DNA of 40,833 nucleotides from the NCBI GenBank assembly GCA_005883085.1, contig VBAY01000033.1:1-40833 (forward strand), read 5' to 3'. Under the pieces are notes generated by a model. The model searched no databases. It saw only the letters and a list, made by a program, of their open reading frames with translations, and had not been told where the DNA came from. Source of the DNA: Candidatus Bathyarchaeota archaeon. Its GTDB lineage: Archaea; Thermoproteota; Bathyarchaeia; 40CM-2-53-6. The translations under genes and the position numbers were made by a program. This document shows positions 8,573 to 18,342 of this stretch, piece by piece (positions within the stretch are counted from its first letter, which is position 1; each line of letters begins with the position of its first letter).

Positions 8573-9616
8573 TTGGCAGGACTCGGCGCTCTCAAGCGCA
8601 CAATGGGTTTCACGATAATTCTAGTCTTCGCCATATTCCTCGGCCTCCTCCTCGTCATATCCGCCTTCTTCCTAGACCCTCTCACAGGACTAGTTCTCGG
8701 CCTAGTAGGCGCTTTCTTCATAATACTGCTTCAGTACCTAATCGGTCCTGTAATCGTCCGTGCGACAAGTCGTTTGCACTACTTGGCCCCTGGGGAGAAT
8801 AGTTGGCTTGAAGCGAAGGTAAGCCAGCTCGCCTCGAAGGCAGGTATTCCGATGCCCCGGCTCGCTGTCTCACCCGACCCGACTCCTAACGCGTTCGTGT
8901 TCGGACGAACCAGCAAAGGCGCCACGCTCGCAGTCCATCAGGGCCTACTTCAGCGTCTGGATGAGAGCGAGATAGAAGGAGTCATAGGGCATGAGCTCGG
9001 TCATGTAAAGCATCGCGACTTCATCGTAGTGACGATGATTAGCGCAATTCCGCTAGTCGCGTATCTCATCGCCCGCTCTGTTCTCTGGGGAGGCATCGCC
9101 AGCGGCTACAGCGGCCGCAGCAACAAGAATAACAGCGCTGGACTCTTGATTATCGTCGCGGTCGCCGCCTACGCAGTCTATATTCTCACCACCCTCCTAG
9201 CACTCCGACTCACTCGTCTTCGGGAGAGTTATGCAGATGCTTATTCTGCATTTCTTACCCAGCAGCCGCGAGAGCTGGAAAGTGCCCTTACCAAGATCGC
9301 TTACGGCCTGTCTCTCGCCCCCGGCCAGCCTCACGGAGCCCGAGCCTTCTTTATCGAGGACCCTGCTCAGGCAAAACAGGACGTTGCGAGTATAATGGAG
9401 CAGAAGTCGAAATATGATCTTGACAAGGATGGCGTCCTCGACGAGCGAGAGCTAGAAGCTGCTATGGAGCAGGAAGCCAAGTCAAACTGGCGGAAGGCCA
9501 CAGAGCTCTTCATGACGCATCCGCCCACCTACAAGAGGATCCTTATGCTGAGAGAGATCGAGCAGGACATGCGCTCAGGAAACTTTGAGCAGAACAACGC
9601 GTACGATCACGTCTGA
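8573..9616 (+). CDS. htpX: HtpX-like M48 family zinc metalloprotease with an inserted EF-hand-like loop
   Basis: HELGHVKHRD (HExxH) motif, four hydrophobic segments, and the C-terminal THPPTYKRI motif typical of HtpX. DLDKDGVLDERE loop at 9416-9451. The start could also be the ATG at 8603. Confidence 0.85.
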   Translation: MAGLGALKRTMGFTIILVFAIFLGLLLVISAFFLDPLTGLVLGLVGAFFIILLQYLIGPVIVRATSRLHYLAPGENSWLEAKVSQLASKAGIPMPRLAVSPDPTPNAFVFGRTSKGATLAVHQGLLQRLDESEIEGVIGHELGHVKHRDFIVVTMISAIPLVAYLIARSVLWGGIASGYSGRSNKNNSAGLLIIVAVAAYAVYILTTLLALRLTRLRESYADAYSAFLTQQPRELESALTKIAYGLSLAPGQPHGARAFFIEDPAQAKQDVASIMEQKSKYDLDKDGVLDERELEAAMEQEAKSNWRKATELFMTHPPTYKRILMLREIEQDMRSGNFEQNNAYDHV

Positions 9617-9699
9617 CAACTGGCGATATACCCAGCACTCATCGTGATGATTACAATAGAACTATAAACCGGAACGCCTGCCAGTTCGACAAGATCAGA

Positions 9700-10083
9700 A
9701 TGACGCGGGTTCCATGGGCTCCACTGAACGGAGGAGCATTCCTCATAATATTCGGAACCGTAATGCTCCTCTCCGTTGTCGGGGTCGCTGGGCTAAACCC
9801 GTTCTCTGGCATTCCGCTTGTCTTTTTGGCGTTCGGGGTCTGGCTTGTCATAGCTGCATTCACATTCACCGGTCCTGATGATCGTTACGCCCCGCCTCGA
9901 TCAATGATCCTCGCTTGGGGCGCATTCGTCACTGTCCTCGGAGCCGTATGGTTTGTAGGCACAATCGCGCTTTCTCTCGTACCTGTTGTCCTCTTTGTCG
10001 TACTCGTTGTGGCAGGCATTGGGGCGGTCGGTTATGCTCTTACTCGAGCCGAAGCTAAGAAGGCGCAACCTACAGTCGCGTAG
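9700..10083 (+). CDS. small integral membrane protein (4 predicted TM helices), hypothetical
   Basis: 127-aa ORF made almost entirely of hydrophobic helices, with a basic C-terminal tail. No recognisable family. Confidence 0.5.
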   Translation: MTRVPWAPLNGGAFLIIFGTVMLLSVVGVAGLNPFSGIPLVFLAFGVWLVIAAFTFTGPDDRYAPPRSMILAWGAFVTVLGAVWFVGTIALSLVPVVLFVVLVVAGIGAVGYALTRAEAKKAQPTVA

Positions 10084-10086
10084 ACT

Positions 10087-10797
10087 GTGTACGATTCCAA
10101 GGCCCGCTACGTCCGCAGCCTCTTCTCCAAGGTTCCGTTAGAATACGACCTGCTCTTAGGGGTCCTCAGTTTCGGCCAAGATAGAAAATGGCGAGCCTTC
10201 GTGGTCGAACAAGCTCGGCCTCAACCTGACAGCGTAGTACTCGATGTGGCCACCGGTACGGGACTCTTGGCTGCGGATTTTGCAAACGCGATCGCCAACA
10301 ACGGCTTAGTAGTCGGTGTCGATCTGACTCTCTCAATGTTGCAAACCGCAAAGGAAAGGTTGAGACAGAAAGGGCTGACCGGGAGAACCGACTGGGTTTT
10401 GGCCCGTGCTGAGAACCTGCCGTTCAGAGACAATTGTTTCGGGTCTGCATCGATCAGCCTTGCGCTTAGAAATGTGTCTGATGCGCGACTAACATTCAGG
10501 GAGATGGCTCGAGCAACAACATCAGGCGGTGTCGTGATCTCTCTCGACTTCGCCCGGCCCCCAAACAGGATCTTCCGACTATTCTACTACGACTACCTCC
10601 TCGGACTTTTTCCCATCTTCGGAAGAATCGTCTCAAAGGCTTGGGGTAGAACGCTTTCATACCTCGGCCGTTCCATCTTAAAGTCTAGAACAGGACCTCA
10701 GATTGCGACCCTGATGATCGAGGAGGGGCTGCCCGACACAAGGCCTGTTCCACTAACGCAGGGAATCGTCTATGCAATCTATGGGAAGAAACGATAG
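10087..10797 (+). CDS. class I SAM-dependent methyltransferase, UbiE/MenG-like
   Basis: GTG start. YD..N...SFGQDRKWR N-terminal segment, SAM motif I VLDVATGTGLLA, and the later F.D..FD acidic loop region. Confidence 0.75.
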   Translation: MYDSKARYVRSLFSKVPLEYDLLLGVLSFGQDRKWRAFVVEQARPQPDSVVLDVATGTGLLAADFANAIANNGLVVGVDLTLSMLQTAKERLRQKGLTGRTDWVLARAENLPFRDNCFGSASISLALRNVSDARLTFREMARATTSGGVVISLDFARPPNRIFRLFYYDYLLGLFPIFGRIVSKAWGRTLSYLGRSILKSRTGPQIATLMIEEGLPDTRPVPLTQGIVYAIYGKKR

Positions 10798-10855
10798 TAT
10801 GCAAAAGCTAAAGTGAACCTTGATTCTTGCGAGATAACGGCAGCTACTGGTTTCA

Positions 10856-12049
10856 CTATTCGCCTTCACGGCGAGGATTCGCATTCTGCCGGAAGCTCAG
10901 CCAGGCCAGGATTGCAAGCGCTACGAACGACATCGAGGTTGTGTAGAAGATGCTTATCGGGGTGAGAGTGTAGAGTAAACCGCCTAAGTAGGATCCAAGT
11001 ACAAACCCTAGGCTCTCCAGGGTCAGGTAGAACCCGAACTGACCGGCTCTCGAAGCTCCCTTCCGCACGGTCGAAAGAATGGAGTAGGCAACGAGGCTCG
11101 GCGCTCTAGCTCCTCCAATGAGGAAGACAAGTGGAAACGCCAACAAGAGATTTCTCGTTAGAAGAACTCCGATAAGGCCCGTTGCAGACAGAAGAAGACC
11201 CATAGCCATGGTCCCGCCCTGACTCTTCGCATCCGCTCTTCTCCCGAGGAGAATGGCGAAGACGGCGGCACCCAGAGATTGCAGGGCGCCAAGAAGTAGT
11301 ATGATAGAAGGGCCTAGGCTGAGAGCGTCTTGGAAGTAGAGCGGTATGAAGGGTGAGGCTACGCTCCAGGCAAGCGCGGCTCCGGCTAGATAGAGAAGGA
11401 GGGATCCTTCTCGACGCGACTTGGGAAATTCAAGTCGAGGAGACCGAGCGTCGCTTTCCAGTGGAGGCTGGGGCTTCATGAAGAAGAGAACTATCGTTGA
11501 GATCGAGAAGAACACGAATGTAAGAATGAAGATGCTTCTTACAGGGATCCAATTGAGTACAACGCTTCCGACCAACGGTGAGAAGACTGCTCCCAGTGGA
11601 GCTGATGCCCAGGTTACGCCAAAGTTGGACGCGGACTTGGCTCTCTCGGCAGCTCCTGCGATGTAGGCGTTGAACGCAGGAACATTGAACCCCGATACTT
11701 GAAACAAGACTATTCCGGGAATCACATCTGTCCAGGTTCTAGCGAAATAGTACATGAGAGGGGGTGGGATGCTCATTGCCCAGCCTATAATCAGCAACGC
11801 TTTCAGTTCGTACTTGTTCGCCAGTATTCCTCCGGGAATCATACTCACGGCCAGGGCGAGGAACCCGATAGAGAATACTAGACCCACATCACTCGGGGAC
11901 GCTTGGAGGTCTCGCAGATACAATGGCCAAATGTAATTGTAAAGTCCTAGGCCGAAGGTCCAGAGGAACAGTGACAGAAAGAGGAGCCGTAGATCTCTGG
12001 GAAGTGCTTGGATTGAAGCTAGGAGATTCAGCCGGCTCGCAGAAAGCAA
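10856..12049 (-). CDS. MFS transporter
   Basis: 397 aa with about 12 hydrophobic helices. GRRADA-type loop (LLGRRADAKSQGG) between TM8 and TM9, typical of the MFS signature. Confidence 0.75.
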   Translation of the reverse strand: MLSASRLNLLASIQALPRDLRLLFLSLFLWTFGLGLYNYIWPLYLRDLQASPSDVGLVFSIGFLALAVSMIPGGILANKYELKALLIIGWAMSIPPPLMYYFARTWTDVIPGIVLFQVSGFNVPAFNAYIAGAAERAKSASNFGVTWASAPLGAVFSPLVGSVVLNWIPVRSIFILTFVFFSISTIVLFFMKPQPPLESDARSPRLEFPKSRREGSLLLYLAGAALAWSVASPFIPLYFQDALSLGPSIILLLGALQSLGAAVFAILLGRRADAKSQGGTMAMGLLLSATGLIGVLLTRNLLLAFPLVFLIGGARAPSLVAYSILSTVRKGASRAGQFGFYLTLESLGFVLGSYLGGLLYTLTPISIFYTTSMSFVALAILAWLSFRQNANPRREGE

Positions 12050-12106
12050 ATCTCATCGGCCTTTCTTACTCATGGACTCAGGGGGGAGGTCGCAAAACGT
12101 CTCCCG

Positions 12107-12802
12107 TCAGGAGATAACGCCTGTTGCGATTAGTATCCCTGAGATGAAAAAGTACGAACCGAAGGAGAGGAGGACGATGCCTGCAACGAGATCGAGCAGC
12201 CATCTTGGAACTCGCATCAGGTAGTCATAGGAGAACGCGCAAACTACAATGAGGAGGATAAGGCTCGCTAGTGCGCCTACAAGGGTCCATTGTATGTTGA
12301 AGGCTCCCGCTGATGCGAGGATGAGGCTTGCTTCAAATCCTTCTGTCATTGTGATGCTGAAAACTGGGAGCGAGTTTCGGATCGAGAATGGTATTTGGCC
12401 TTCTGTCGTCTTGAGGCCTTCGCTGTGCTTCCGGTCTTTCTCGACGACTTCGTCGCTCCATTTTTCCATCTTCGCTCTGAACGATTTTCCTCGGAAATAA
12501 TATTTGACGAATCCTCGCAGAAAACGATAGGAAAAGTAGAGGATGACAACTCCAGGTATCAAGTTGACGAGCGCTTCGGAGAGCGTCTTTAGTGCAAGGA
12601 AGGCTTGTTCGACGATTAGAAACGTGACGACAGACCCGAGGCCTCCGAGGGCGACGCCGAGGAAGACGTTTCTCCGACCGATCTGTTTTATTGTAGCAAG
12701 AGAGAGAATCGCGACCTCGCTACCCTCTATTAGGATGGCTTTGAAAGCCAGGAGGAATGATGCGATGATTACAACGTCTAGTCCAGGCAGCCGTTCTTCC
12801 AT
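12107..12802 (-). CDS. two-repeat membrane protein with EGxE motifs (FTR1/EfeU-like or UPF0016-like putative cation permease)
   Basis: 231 aa. Two membrane halves each carry an acidic motif (ILIEGSEVAIL; MTEGFEASLIL) resembling the REGLE motifs of FTR1-type permeases. A charged cytoplasmic loop separates them. Family assignment is tentative. Confidence 0.45.
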   Translation of the reverse strand: MEERLPGLDVVIIASFLLAFKAILIEGSEVAILSLATIKQIGRRNVFLGVALGGLGSVVTFLIVEQAFLALKTLSEALVNLIPGVVILYFSYRFLRGFVKYYFRGKSFRAKMEKWSDEVVEKDRKHSEGLKTTEGQIPFSIRNSLPVFSITMTEGFEASLILASAGAFNIQWTLVGALASLILLIVVCAFSYDYLMRVPRWLLDLVAGIVLLSFGSYFFISGILIATGVIS

Positions 12803-12918
12803 CCGATTATTGTGAGGTGCTCGCTGGGTCCTCTCGAGCTAATGCACGTTCATATCTCTAACGGTGGCTTGCACTAGATTCAGTGTACCGCAAGCTGCTC
12901 GCTGAAAGACGATGTGGA

Positions 12919-13335
12919 TTATTCTTTGGGTTCAGCGGATGCGTTTTTCCCGTCGGTTTTCTTGAAATTTAGGGAAAGGGAGTTGACACAATACCGTAGT
13001 CCCGTAGGCTGAGGGCCGTCTTCGAAAACGTGGCCTAGATGACCGCCGCATTGCTTGCATAGAATCTCAACCCTTTTCATGAAGAGGCTGCGGTCGGATT
13101 TTTCTTCAACATTCTCCTTTTCTGCCGGGGACCAGAAGCTGGGCCAGCCTGTTCCGGAGTCAAACTTTGTATCGGATGAGAATAGTGGTGTTCCGCATCC
13201 GGCGCAGACATACATTCCCTCTTCTTTGTTGTGGAGATATTTTCCGGTAAAGGGTCGTTCGGTTGCTTTCTTTCTCAAAACTTGGAAGGTTTCCGTGTCC
13301 AGCTGCTTCTTCCATTCTTCTTCGGATTTCTTCAT
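12919..13335 (-). CDS. msrB: peptide-methionine (R)-S-oxide reductase
   Basis: GTGWPSF and RYCVNS motifs, and two CxxC pairs (CAGCG, CKQCG). I place the start at the internal ATG (13335, MKKSEEEWKKQL...) rather than at the ORF-track start of 13422, because MsrB proteins begin there. Confidence 0.85.
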   Translation of the reverse strand: MKKSEEEWKKQLDTETFQVLRKKATERPFTGKYLHNKEEGMYVCAGCGTPLFSSDTKFDSGTGWPSFWSPAEKENVEEKSDRSLFMKRVEILCKQCGGHLGHVFEDGPQPTGLRYCVNSLSLNFKKTDGKNASAEPKE

Positions 13336-13472
13336 ACTATCTAGAGGGCTACTGCGGTAGATAATCCTAATCGCTTTTTGGGAGCGATCTCTGACCCATC
13401 CAGAACCTTGTTCAACGGACAAGACCAGACTTTCTTTCAGTTTGCGGTGCCTTTGAGATGTTGCTACGGGAC

Positions 13473-14114
13473 CTAGGGAATGCGTTTGGCAACTTGCCCC
13501 ACAAAGGGGTTGGCCAGTTTTTCGTCACCAATGCTTGTCTCTGGACCATGACCGGGATAGACTATGGTATCGTCATCTAGCCTGAACAAGCGCTTTGTTA
13601 TGGAATGTATTAGCGTGTCGAAGTCTCCTCCTGGAAGGTCTGTTCGTCCAATGGACTGGTTGAACAATGCGTCCCCAGTCAGGACGAATCCTCGGCCAAC
13701 TAGGCTGATGCTTCCTGGAGAATGTCCCGGGGTGTGAAGGACTCTCACGGTATCCTGCCCAAAAGTTAACGATTCTCCGTCTTCGAGAAATTGGTCAACC
13801 TTCGGTGGTGGCGGGACGCCGAAACCCATGATCTGGTGGACACGGCTCTGCATAGACTCGAGCATGGATAGATCGTCGTGGTGGATTAGAAATGGAATCT
13901 TGAGCTTCGCGCGAATGGTGTCTGCGCCGAGTACATGATCGAAGTGGGTATGAGTGGCAACAATGTGACTAGGCTTGACAGCAATGTCGTTGAGGAAGCG
14001 AAGAATTCTTTCCGGTTCGTCGCCTGGGTCAACGACCAAGGCCGCCGAGTCCGATTGCAGGATGTAGCAATTTGTCTGTAGCCTCCCTACCACAAGTGTA
14101 TGTATCTTGGCCAT
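13473..14114 (-). CDS. MBL-fold metallo-hydrolase (glyoxalase II-like)
   Basis: HTHFDH (HxHxDH) motif, downstream HTPGHSPGS and TGDALF. Length 213 aa. Confidence 0.85.
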   Translation of the reverse strand: MAKIHTLVVGRLQTNCYILQSDSAALVVDPGDEPERILRFLNDIAVKPSHIVATHTHFDHVLGADTIRAKLKIPFLIHHDDLSMLESMQSRVHQIMGFGVPPPPKVDQFLEDGESLTFGQDTVRVLHTPGHSPGSISLVGRGFVLTGDALFNQSIGRTDLPGGDFDTLIHSITKRLFRLDDDTIVYPGHGPETSIGDEKLANPFVGQVAKRIP

Positions 14115-14390
14115 TTTCGAAAGTCAGTCGCGACATACTCAGAGGGAGAATATGAACTTGGAGTGGCGCTACATCAGGTGCCTCAGTTGAGGGCCTTGCG
14201 GGCGATCGAATCGCTAGAACGCGCTTGTTCTCTTGTTTCGGCCCTAGAACTCATTTGTTGAAGCCATTTGTCGGTTCGCGGGAACGAGCATTTGAGAATA
14301 GCTTCGGCTAAGGATTTCATCTCATGGGTATCTGGGTCTATCTTCGAGAAGCCAAGAACTTAAATGAGTAGACGGTTTTGATCTGTAATT

Positions 14391-15824
14391 ATGAAGAAAA
14401 TACTAACCATATTAGCGCTAGTCGTTTGTACCCTAATGCTTGCAACGCCTCTCGGAGTCGGGACTGTCTTCAGCGACTTCAACTACAGTCCCAGCCTGAG
14501 CTATGTTCAGCTAGGACCCCTAACGATACTTCCCCAAGGCATACCTCTCTGCAAGAGTGCATCTCTCGGTAACATTGTCTGCTACACACCGAAATTCATC
14601 AAGAAGGCATACGAGTTCCCGTCCACCGGTGCTCTTGACGGTACCGGCCAGACAATCGTGATCGTTGACGCTTTCGGAAGCCCCACAGTTGCTAGTGACC
14701 TCGCATTGTTTGATACTGTCTTCGGAATCCCACCTCCTCCGTCCTTCACAATATTCTGCGGCAATTCTCCGACCCCGCTCGACCCGAGCACCTGCCCTGT
14801 GGTCAATATCAATGCGAATCCGAAACATGGTGTATTCGGCTGGACTATTGAGACAAGCCTTGACGTTCAATACGCCCACGCCATGGCTCCAGGGGCTAAC
14901 ATCGTCCTCGTCGTAGCGTCGACCTCGTCCGGAAACGCCATCAATGAGGCTGAAGCTGCGGCCATCGCAGCGTACCCAGGCGCCATATTCTCGCAAAGCT
15001 TCGGCATCCCAGAAATCTTCCTAACCGGAAACGGAAACCCTGGCCAAGTCAGCCAGGCCCAACAGAACTATGCGAACGGAGTTGCAGTAGGCGACACGTT
15101 CTTCGCGTCAGCAGGGGACACAGGCGCAGACTTCGGCTTTGGCGTCGCTATGAACAACTTTCCCGCTTCCGACCTGCACAACGTAGGCGTAACCGGAACT
15201 CAGGGATTACCCTACAATGCAACCGGAACTCTCATGCCATGCCCCACTTCCACACCTTTCTCGTGTACCTCAGGACTATCCTCGTACCATGGACCTTGTG
15301 TGCTCGGCCGGACCATACCACCGAATTGTGTACCGGATGGGTACGGTGGTGAACAGGTCTGGAATGAACCAAGCTTCGGTTCCGCGACTGGCGGTGCGCC
15401 AAGCTTATTGTTTGGAGTTCCGTCATATCAGGCTGGCCTCGGGCTATCAGCAAGGGGTCCGGATGTGGACTACAACGCAGCCATCGACGGCGGAGTCCTA
15501 GTCGTGTACGGAGGCTTCGGAAGCCCAGTCCTCTTCATTGTTGGAGGAACCAGTGCAGGTTCTCCACAATGGGCGGGGATTACCGCCTTGGTGAATCAGG
15601 CTCGTGCCAATGCCGGTAAAGGTCCGATCGGCGACTTGAACCCAGCCCTCTACGCGATCTACCACAGTGCGCGCTACGCAACAGACTTCCACGACATTAC
15701 AATGGGCAACGACCAGTTGGTCGGCTCGTCTGTTGGCTTCGCCTCAAGTACAGGATATGATCTCGCATCGGGCATCGGCTCCCCTATCGTAGACCAGCTG
15801 ATCGTCGACTTAGTTGCAGCATAG
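14391..15824 (+). CDS. secreted S53 (sedolisin/kumamolisin-like) serine peptidase
   Basis: N-terminal signal/anchor MKKILTILALVVCTLMLA. ETSLDVQYAHAMAPGA (Glu/Asp of the S53 triad region). Nucleophile motif GGTSAGSPQWAG. Confidence 0.75.
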   Translation: MKKILTILALVVCTLMLATPLGVGTVFSDFNYSPSLSYVQLGPLTILPQGIPLCKSASLGNIVCYTPKFIKKAYEFPSTGALDGTGQTIVIVDAFGSPTVASDLALFDTVFGIPPPPSFTIFCGNSPTPLDPSTCPVVNINANPKHGVFGWTIETSLDVQYAHAMAPGANIVLVVASTSSGNAINEAEAAAIAAYPGAIFSQSFGIPEIFLTGNGNPGQVSQAQQNYANGVAVGDTFFASAGDTGADFGFGVAMNNFPASDLHNVGVTGTQGLPYNATGTLMPCPTSTPFSCTSGLSSYHGPCVLGRTIPPNCVPDGYGGEQVWNEPSFGSATGGAPSLLFGVPSYQAGLGLSARGPDVDYNAAIDGGVLVVYGGFGSPVLFIVGGTSAGSPQWAGITALVNQARANAGKGPIGDLNPALYAIYHSARYATDFHDITMGNDQLVGSSVGFASSTGYDLASGIGSPIVDQLIVDLVAA

Positions 15825-15838
15825 ACTAGACTGAAAGT

Positions 15839-15883
15839 GGGAGGAGCATCCTCCCAAACCCCCTCCCTTTTCCATTTTCTCTT
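15839..15883 (+). terminator. stem-loop plus T-tracts downstream of the S53 peptidase gene
   Basis: Perfect 7-bp stem GGGAGGA-GCA-TCCTCCC (15839-15855) lies 15 nt after the stop. It is followed by TTTT at 15868-15871 and 15875-15878. Oligo-T tracts are the usual archaeal termination signal. Confidence 0.45.
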
Positions 15884-16068
15884 GGAAATGTCCTGCGATA
15901 TTTGCAGGTAAAATAGGATTGATGTTTGACTGATCTTCATGTCGAAGAATGCCATCGTTCTCTTCCTCTTCGCGTGACACGGTACTGGTTCTCACTCCGA
16001 GAGGCGCTTGGAAGAGCTAATTTCTGATCGTGAATATGCTGTTGACATTCTTGTCTCCGAGGTCAGTC

Positions 16069-18153
16069 TCACATCATAAGCACGCGACCTTTCCCGCCAC
16101 CGCCCGAGCTTGGGGGCGGCCCGCTAGTAACGGGGGAGAAAACCTCAACCCGGTTGTTGCTGTTTCCTGATGGGTTCCCTGTATCGGCTACGTAGACATT
16201 CCATGAGCTGTCCACAGCCAGACCGTTCGGATAGACGAGTTGGCCATTACCCGACCCCGTGGTCCCGAAGGACGTGAGAAACGTGCCGTTGCTGCCAAAT
16301 TCTTGGACTCGGTTATTGAATATATCAGCCACGTACAGATTCCCGGTTGAATCTAGGGCTATGTGTCCAGGTACATTGAACTGCCCATTTCCAGAACCTG
16401 CAGATCCCCAAGAGGTCATGAATCCTCCCGAACTGTTAAATTTCTCAATACGATTGTTCGATGAGTCGCTGACATATACATTGCCGAGGGCGTCCACTAC
16501 GATCCCCGTTGGATTGGTGAACTGGCCGTTGGCTGTTCCAGGGGAGCCCCAACCTAGGATGAAGTTTCCAGCGCTGTCAAACTTTTGAATCCGGTTGTTT
16601 GAGTAATCTGTCACGTAGATGTTGTTTGAACCGTCAGCCGCGACCCCGTATGGATTGATGAATTGTCCGTTTCCGGTTCCAAAGGAACCCCATGCTCTGC
16701 TAAAAGTGCCGTTTGGAAGAAATTTTTCGATTCGGCTGTTGCCGTAATCGGTAACGTAGACGTTCCCACTACGGTCAACGGCAATTCCGAATGGACTGTT
16801 GAACTGCCCGGTTCCATCGCCGGTTGTTCCCCAAGCCATCAGGAATGATCCCGTCACGGAGAACATTTGAACTCGATTGTTTCCCTCGTCTACAACATAG
16901 ATGTGACCTGAACCGTCGAGAGCTGCGTCATAAAGGCTGGAAAACAGTCCCGGTCTAGGATATGTAATGCTTGAAATGTAGCTTCCAGTACTGGCCGACA
17001 ATTTCTGCACCCTAAAATTGTTAGAATCACCAACATACAAGTTCAGTTGAGAATCTATCGCAACCCCGATTGGGCCGTTGAACTGTCCTGGGGATGCCCC
17101 AGCGGTCCCCCAGGACGAGATCAAGCTGCCGCTGCTGGTGCTGAACTTTTGTATATTATTCCAGAAATTGTCGCTCACATAGATGTTGGACGCGTTGTCT
17201 ACCGCCATCATTGTCGGAGCGGCCAAGGTGCCCCCTGAATTCAAGCCCCCCCAAGTCAAGACAAAACCTCCTGTTTTCGTGAATTTCGTAACATTGTCCG
17301 ACATGGAGGCACTGTCGCTTACATACACGAATCCTAACGAATCCACCGCCACCCCATACGGGCTCAGGAATTTCCCGGGAGTAGTGCCTAGGCCGCCGAA
17401 TGAACCTACGTATGTTCCGTTGTTCCTGAAGATTTGAACACGCTGGTTTCCCTGATCTACTACGTACACGAACCCGCTAGCGTTGACGCTAAGCCCGAGA
17501 GGTGTTCTGAATTGTCCAACTCCTGACCCAGTTGAGCCCCAAGAAGTGATCAAGCTCCCGCCAGAGGTAAACTTCTGAATGTTGTTATTCACCGAATCAG
17601 AAACGTACACGTTTCCTTGGGGGTCGCGAGCAATTCCTTGGGGGTTCTTGAATTGTCCGGGCCCAGTTCCTTGGGATCCCCAGGCGGTCAATAACGATCC
17701 GTCACTTGCTAGTTTGTAAACAGCGTAGTTCTTGGCGTCAGCGATGAACAAGTTGCCTGACGAATCCACAGCGACGCCGTTAGGAGTTATCGGCCCGCCA
17801 TACGAGCCCCATTGCCTAGAGTAGACAAAAGAGTTGGCTCCAGCAACTGTAACCTGGCCCCGGTCCTCACCCGTACCAACCAAGCCGGTGGCCCCATTAA
17901 TGATTACTAGAGTAATCCCGGAGAGCGATAGTGTAAGAAGAATTGCCGCCCAGACGTGTTTTGGCCGCTTTTTGGCAATGGGTGCCCGAGAGCGGGACAG
18001 GTGATTCTCCCGCATAGGGGAAAAGTGTTGTGGGCGTGAGCGATTACCGGAAGGATGTTGCCCTAGGCCACTTGACACTTCCCTCTGCGCATTGGCCATC
18101 GGGCGAAGTAGCATCGCTCTTTCCTTCCGACACGCTTTTGTCCTAGAAAACAC
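16069..18153 (-). CDS. membrane-anchored NHL-repeat protein (about 12 blades, two beta-propellers)
   Basis: A basic N-terminus is followed by one TM helix (VWAAILLTLSLSGITLVIING). Then come 12 repeats ending in the (V/I)YV(S/A/T/V)D..NNR(I/V)(Q/E)KF NHL signature. The start codon is uncertain (Met at 18153, 18114, 18099 or 18015). Confidence 0.85.
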   Translation of the reverse strand: MFSRTKACRKERAMLLRPMANAQREVSSGLGQHPSGNRSRPQHFSPMRENHLSRSRAPIAKKRPKHVWAAILLTLSLSGITLVIINGATGLVGTGEDRGQVTVAGANSFVYSRQWGSYGGPITPNGVAVDSSGNLFIADAKNYAVYKLASDGSLLTAWGSQGTGPGQFKNPQGIARDPQGNVYVSDSVNNNIQKFTSGGSLITSWGSTGSGVGQFRTPLGLSVNASGFVYVVDQGNQRVQIFRNNGTYVGSFGGLGTTPGKFLSPYGVAVDSLGFVYVSDSASMSDNVTKFTKTGGFVLTWGGLNSGGTLAAPTMMAVDNASNIYVSDNFWNNIQKFSTSSGSLISSWGTAGASPGQFNGPIGVAIDSQLNLYVGDSNNFRVQKLSASTGSYISSITYPRPGLFSSLYDAALDGSGHIYVVDEGNNRVQMFSVTGSFLMAWGTTGDGTGQFNSPFGIAVDRSGNVYVTDYGNSRIEKFLPNGTFSRAWGSFGTGNGQFINPYGVAADGSNNIYVTDYSNNRIQKFDSAGNFILGWGSPGTANGQFTNPTGIVVDALGNVYVSDSSNNRIEKFNSSGGFMTSWGSAGSGNGQFNVPGHIALDSTGNLYVADIFNNRVQEFGSNGTFLTSFGTTGSGNGQLVYPNGLAVDSSWNVYVADTGNPSGNSNNRVEVFSPVTSGPPPSSGGGGKGRVLMM
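16140..17832 (-). repeat. tandem protein-level NHL repeats (about 47 aa / 141 nt period)
   Basis: Repeat units such as G.FN.P.G(I/V)AVD..GN(V/I)YV.D..NNRI.KF recur 12 times. DNA-level identity between units is only partial. Confidence 0.7.
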
Positions 18154-18342
18154 TTTCTGGAGTTTGCGGGGCCTTCAACGATAAGGAAGTATCTGGGGGT
18201 AGCCTGCGCCGGCTCAATGTTTCCCCAGGGTTGCCATCAGAACTATACATGTGAGCATGATCGTGAGCATTTGCCGCGCTTATTCACAGCGAACGACTCA
18301 GGCATAGAAAAGTATGATGAGAAGTACGCTGTGAAACTCTTG

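Noticed and set aside
9644-9650. GTGATGA (C-box-like) in the htpX-downstream gap, and AUGAUGA-like strings near 18314 and 23866, considered as C/D box sRNAs
   Set aside because: No CUGA D box or C'/D' arrangement lies at an appropriate distance (50-70 nt), and there is no terminal stem. A single heptamer match is expected by chance.
16140-17832. Periodic ~141-nt repetition, considered as a nucleotide tandem repeat or CRISPR-like array
   Set aside because: The periodicity is protein-level (NHL blades inside one long ORF). The units are diverged at the DNA level, and there is no repeat-spacer architecture.
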